A stretch of 63,959 nucleotides of DNA, counting the filler, from Lenisia limosa (taxonomy: Eukaryota > Protista > Breviatea): the NCBI GenBank assembly GCA_001655205.1. It is 10 parts of 10 records of this genome, joined end to end, with 100 filler letters (N's around TTAATTAATTAA, not from the genome) between each part and the next. Parts side by side here need not be neighbours in the genome. Positions count along the whole stretch, not along the records: positions 62,828 to 63,959 come from LPNZ01002639.1; 9 more parts are not named here. One strand, 5' to 3'. This document shows positions 62,828 to 63,959 of the stretch, in pieces. How positions within the stretch are numbered: position 1 is the stretch's first letter; the number at the start of each line of letters is the position of its first letter. Made by a program: the position numbers and the translations under genes. The notes below the pieces were generated by a model that saw only the letters and a program-made list of their open reading frames with translations, was not told the origin of the DNA and did no database searches.

Positions 62828-63575
62828 CCTTCCTTGTCGGCAATGACGCGCTGCAGGGATACCAGACGGGCTGTGGTCCTGGGGAAGTTGATTTTTGCTA
62901 TCAAGGGCTTCACTTTGTTTCACAAAAAATCGGTAAAATATCGACAGTTTTCGAGGATTTATCAAGACATTCAGTACATCTACATTCTACTCCCCCATTT
63001 CCTTTTCTTAGCCGCCCACTTTTCTTCATGTGCCTCGGCTTCCTTGGCCTTGAGAGTCATCTCGTCCACACGGTCGCTCAGCGCTCGGAGCTCAACCTGA
63101 AAGGTCAAATCGAATCGGATTGGAGGGTAGTAAACGAAAGAAGTTTAGATGAAGAATATTGGCGTAAAGGTCCTGATCACGAACCCAATTATCTGAAACT
63201 CCAAACAAAAATCCACCCAATACATATAGACACATGCATATCATATGTACAGTGTCCGGGATAAGTCTTGACCGATTCGGTATGTGATTTCCCAAGGAAA
63301 ATTGGTCAAGCCATATCCCCCACTATTTTTCTGTTTCCCAGATTTATATATTTTTTCTTGTTCAAAGAAAAAAAAAAAAAAAAANNNNNNNNNNNNNNNN
63401 NNNNNNNNNNNNNNNNNNNNNNNNNNNNNNNNNNNNNNNNNNNNNNNNNNNNNNNNNNNNNNNNNNNNNNNNNNTTTGACCTGAAACTGCAACTGAATAA
63501 TGTCAATAGAATCCACCGCCCACTCTTCAATTATCACCAGTGCTGCTCCCTCCCACAGTTTGCTCATCAAATACA
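62828..63575 (-). CDS. coiled-coil protein fragment
   Basis: Exon-like VELRALSDRVDEMTLKAKEAEAHEEKWAAKK and TTARLVSLQRVIADKE with acceptors. Confidence 0.35.
63250..63325. mobile_element. MITE family 2 with TA|CAGTG terminus (pogo/Tigger-like TIR)
   Basis: TA-CAGTGTCCGGGATAAGTCTTGACCGATT...AATTGGTCAAG..CCCCCACTA. Confidence 0.65.
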
Positions 63576-63959
63576 TATGTACATCATACAAATATGCCCC
63601 TCCCCTCCCCTTTACATATGTATATGCCCCTCACCTCGGCGTCAGAGAGTTTGTTCATCAAATCCACATTTCGTTGTTCGGTCTAAGGAAGGTTAACTTT
63701 TTTTTTTTAATAAAAAATCTGTATTGAATAAAAGACGAGGGAAACAAACCCCCACTAGGACCAGGAGAAAACGCCCCTCTCACTGGCCACTTATAATTTC
63801 TATGTTAATTATATTCTTAGGCGGCCACCTCCCCTCCCATCGAGAAGCAACATTGTATGATGAATAAATACGAGTCCGAAAAAGACCAGTCAAATATCGA
63901 TATTTATCCAGGATTTATCGAGAATTTAAGTCTATTTTGGGACCGTATCCCTCCCCCCA

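Noticed and set aside
136-63955. Palindromic repeats as a CRISPR array or bacterial REP elements
   Set aside because: Dispersed, degenerate, no regular spacers, no cas genes, eukaryotic intronic context.

Overview
AT-rich, very intron-dense eukaryotic DNA (GT-AG introns, CTAAC/CTGAC-like branch points, standard code), probably from an anaerobic or microaerophilic protist. The window is not continuous: nine 100-bp spacers (44 N + TTAATTAATTAA + 44 N) join ten unrelated scaffolds (1-3530, 3631-12235, 12336-16119, 16220-20513, 20614-42291, 42392-45125, 45226-47871, 47972-60320, 60421-62727, 62828-63959). Genes rebuilt by hand across introns: FEN1 (5' part), a secreted RCC1-like repeat protein, imidazolonepropionase, glucosidase II beta (5' part), a GPI-type Spondin_N protein, malate synthase with a PTS2-like N-terminus, an ankyrin-myotubularin-PH protein, an acylated SAM-domain phosphodiesterase, C2 and FN3 fragments, Vps68/TMEM50, a 24-exon [FeFe]-hydrogenase fused to a complete NADPH-type diflavin (P450-reductase-like) module, a Cys-rich GPI-type protein, an intron-containing pogo-like transposase and tRNA-Gln(TTG). 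The highlights are the hydrogenase fusion (lacking the His-ligated cluster motif), a repeat family found sense-oriented at intron 3' ends, G-run donor / C-run acceptor introns, and several MITE families. Exon boundaries are manual and some are approximate.
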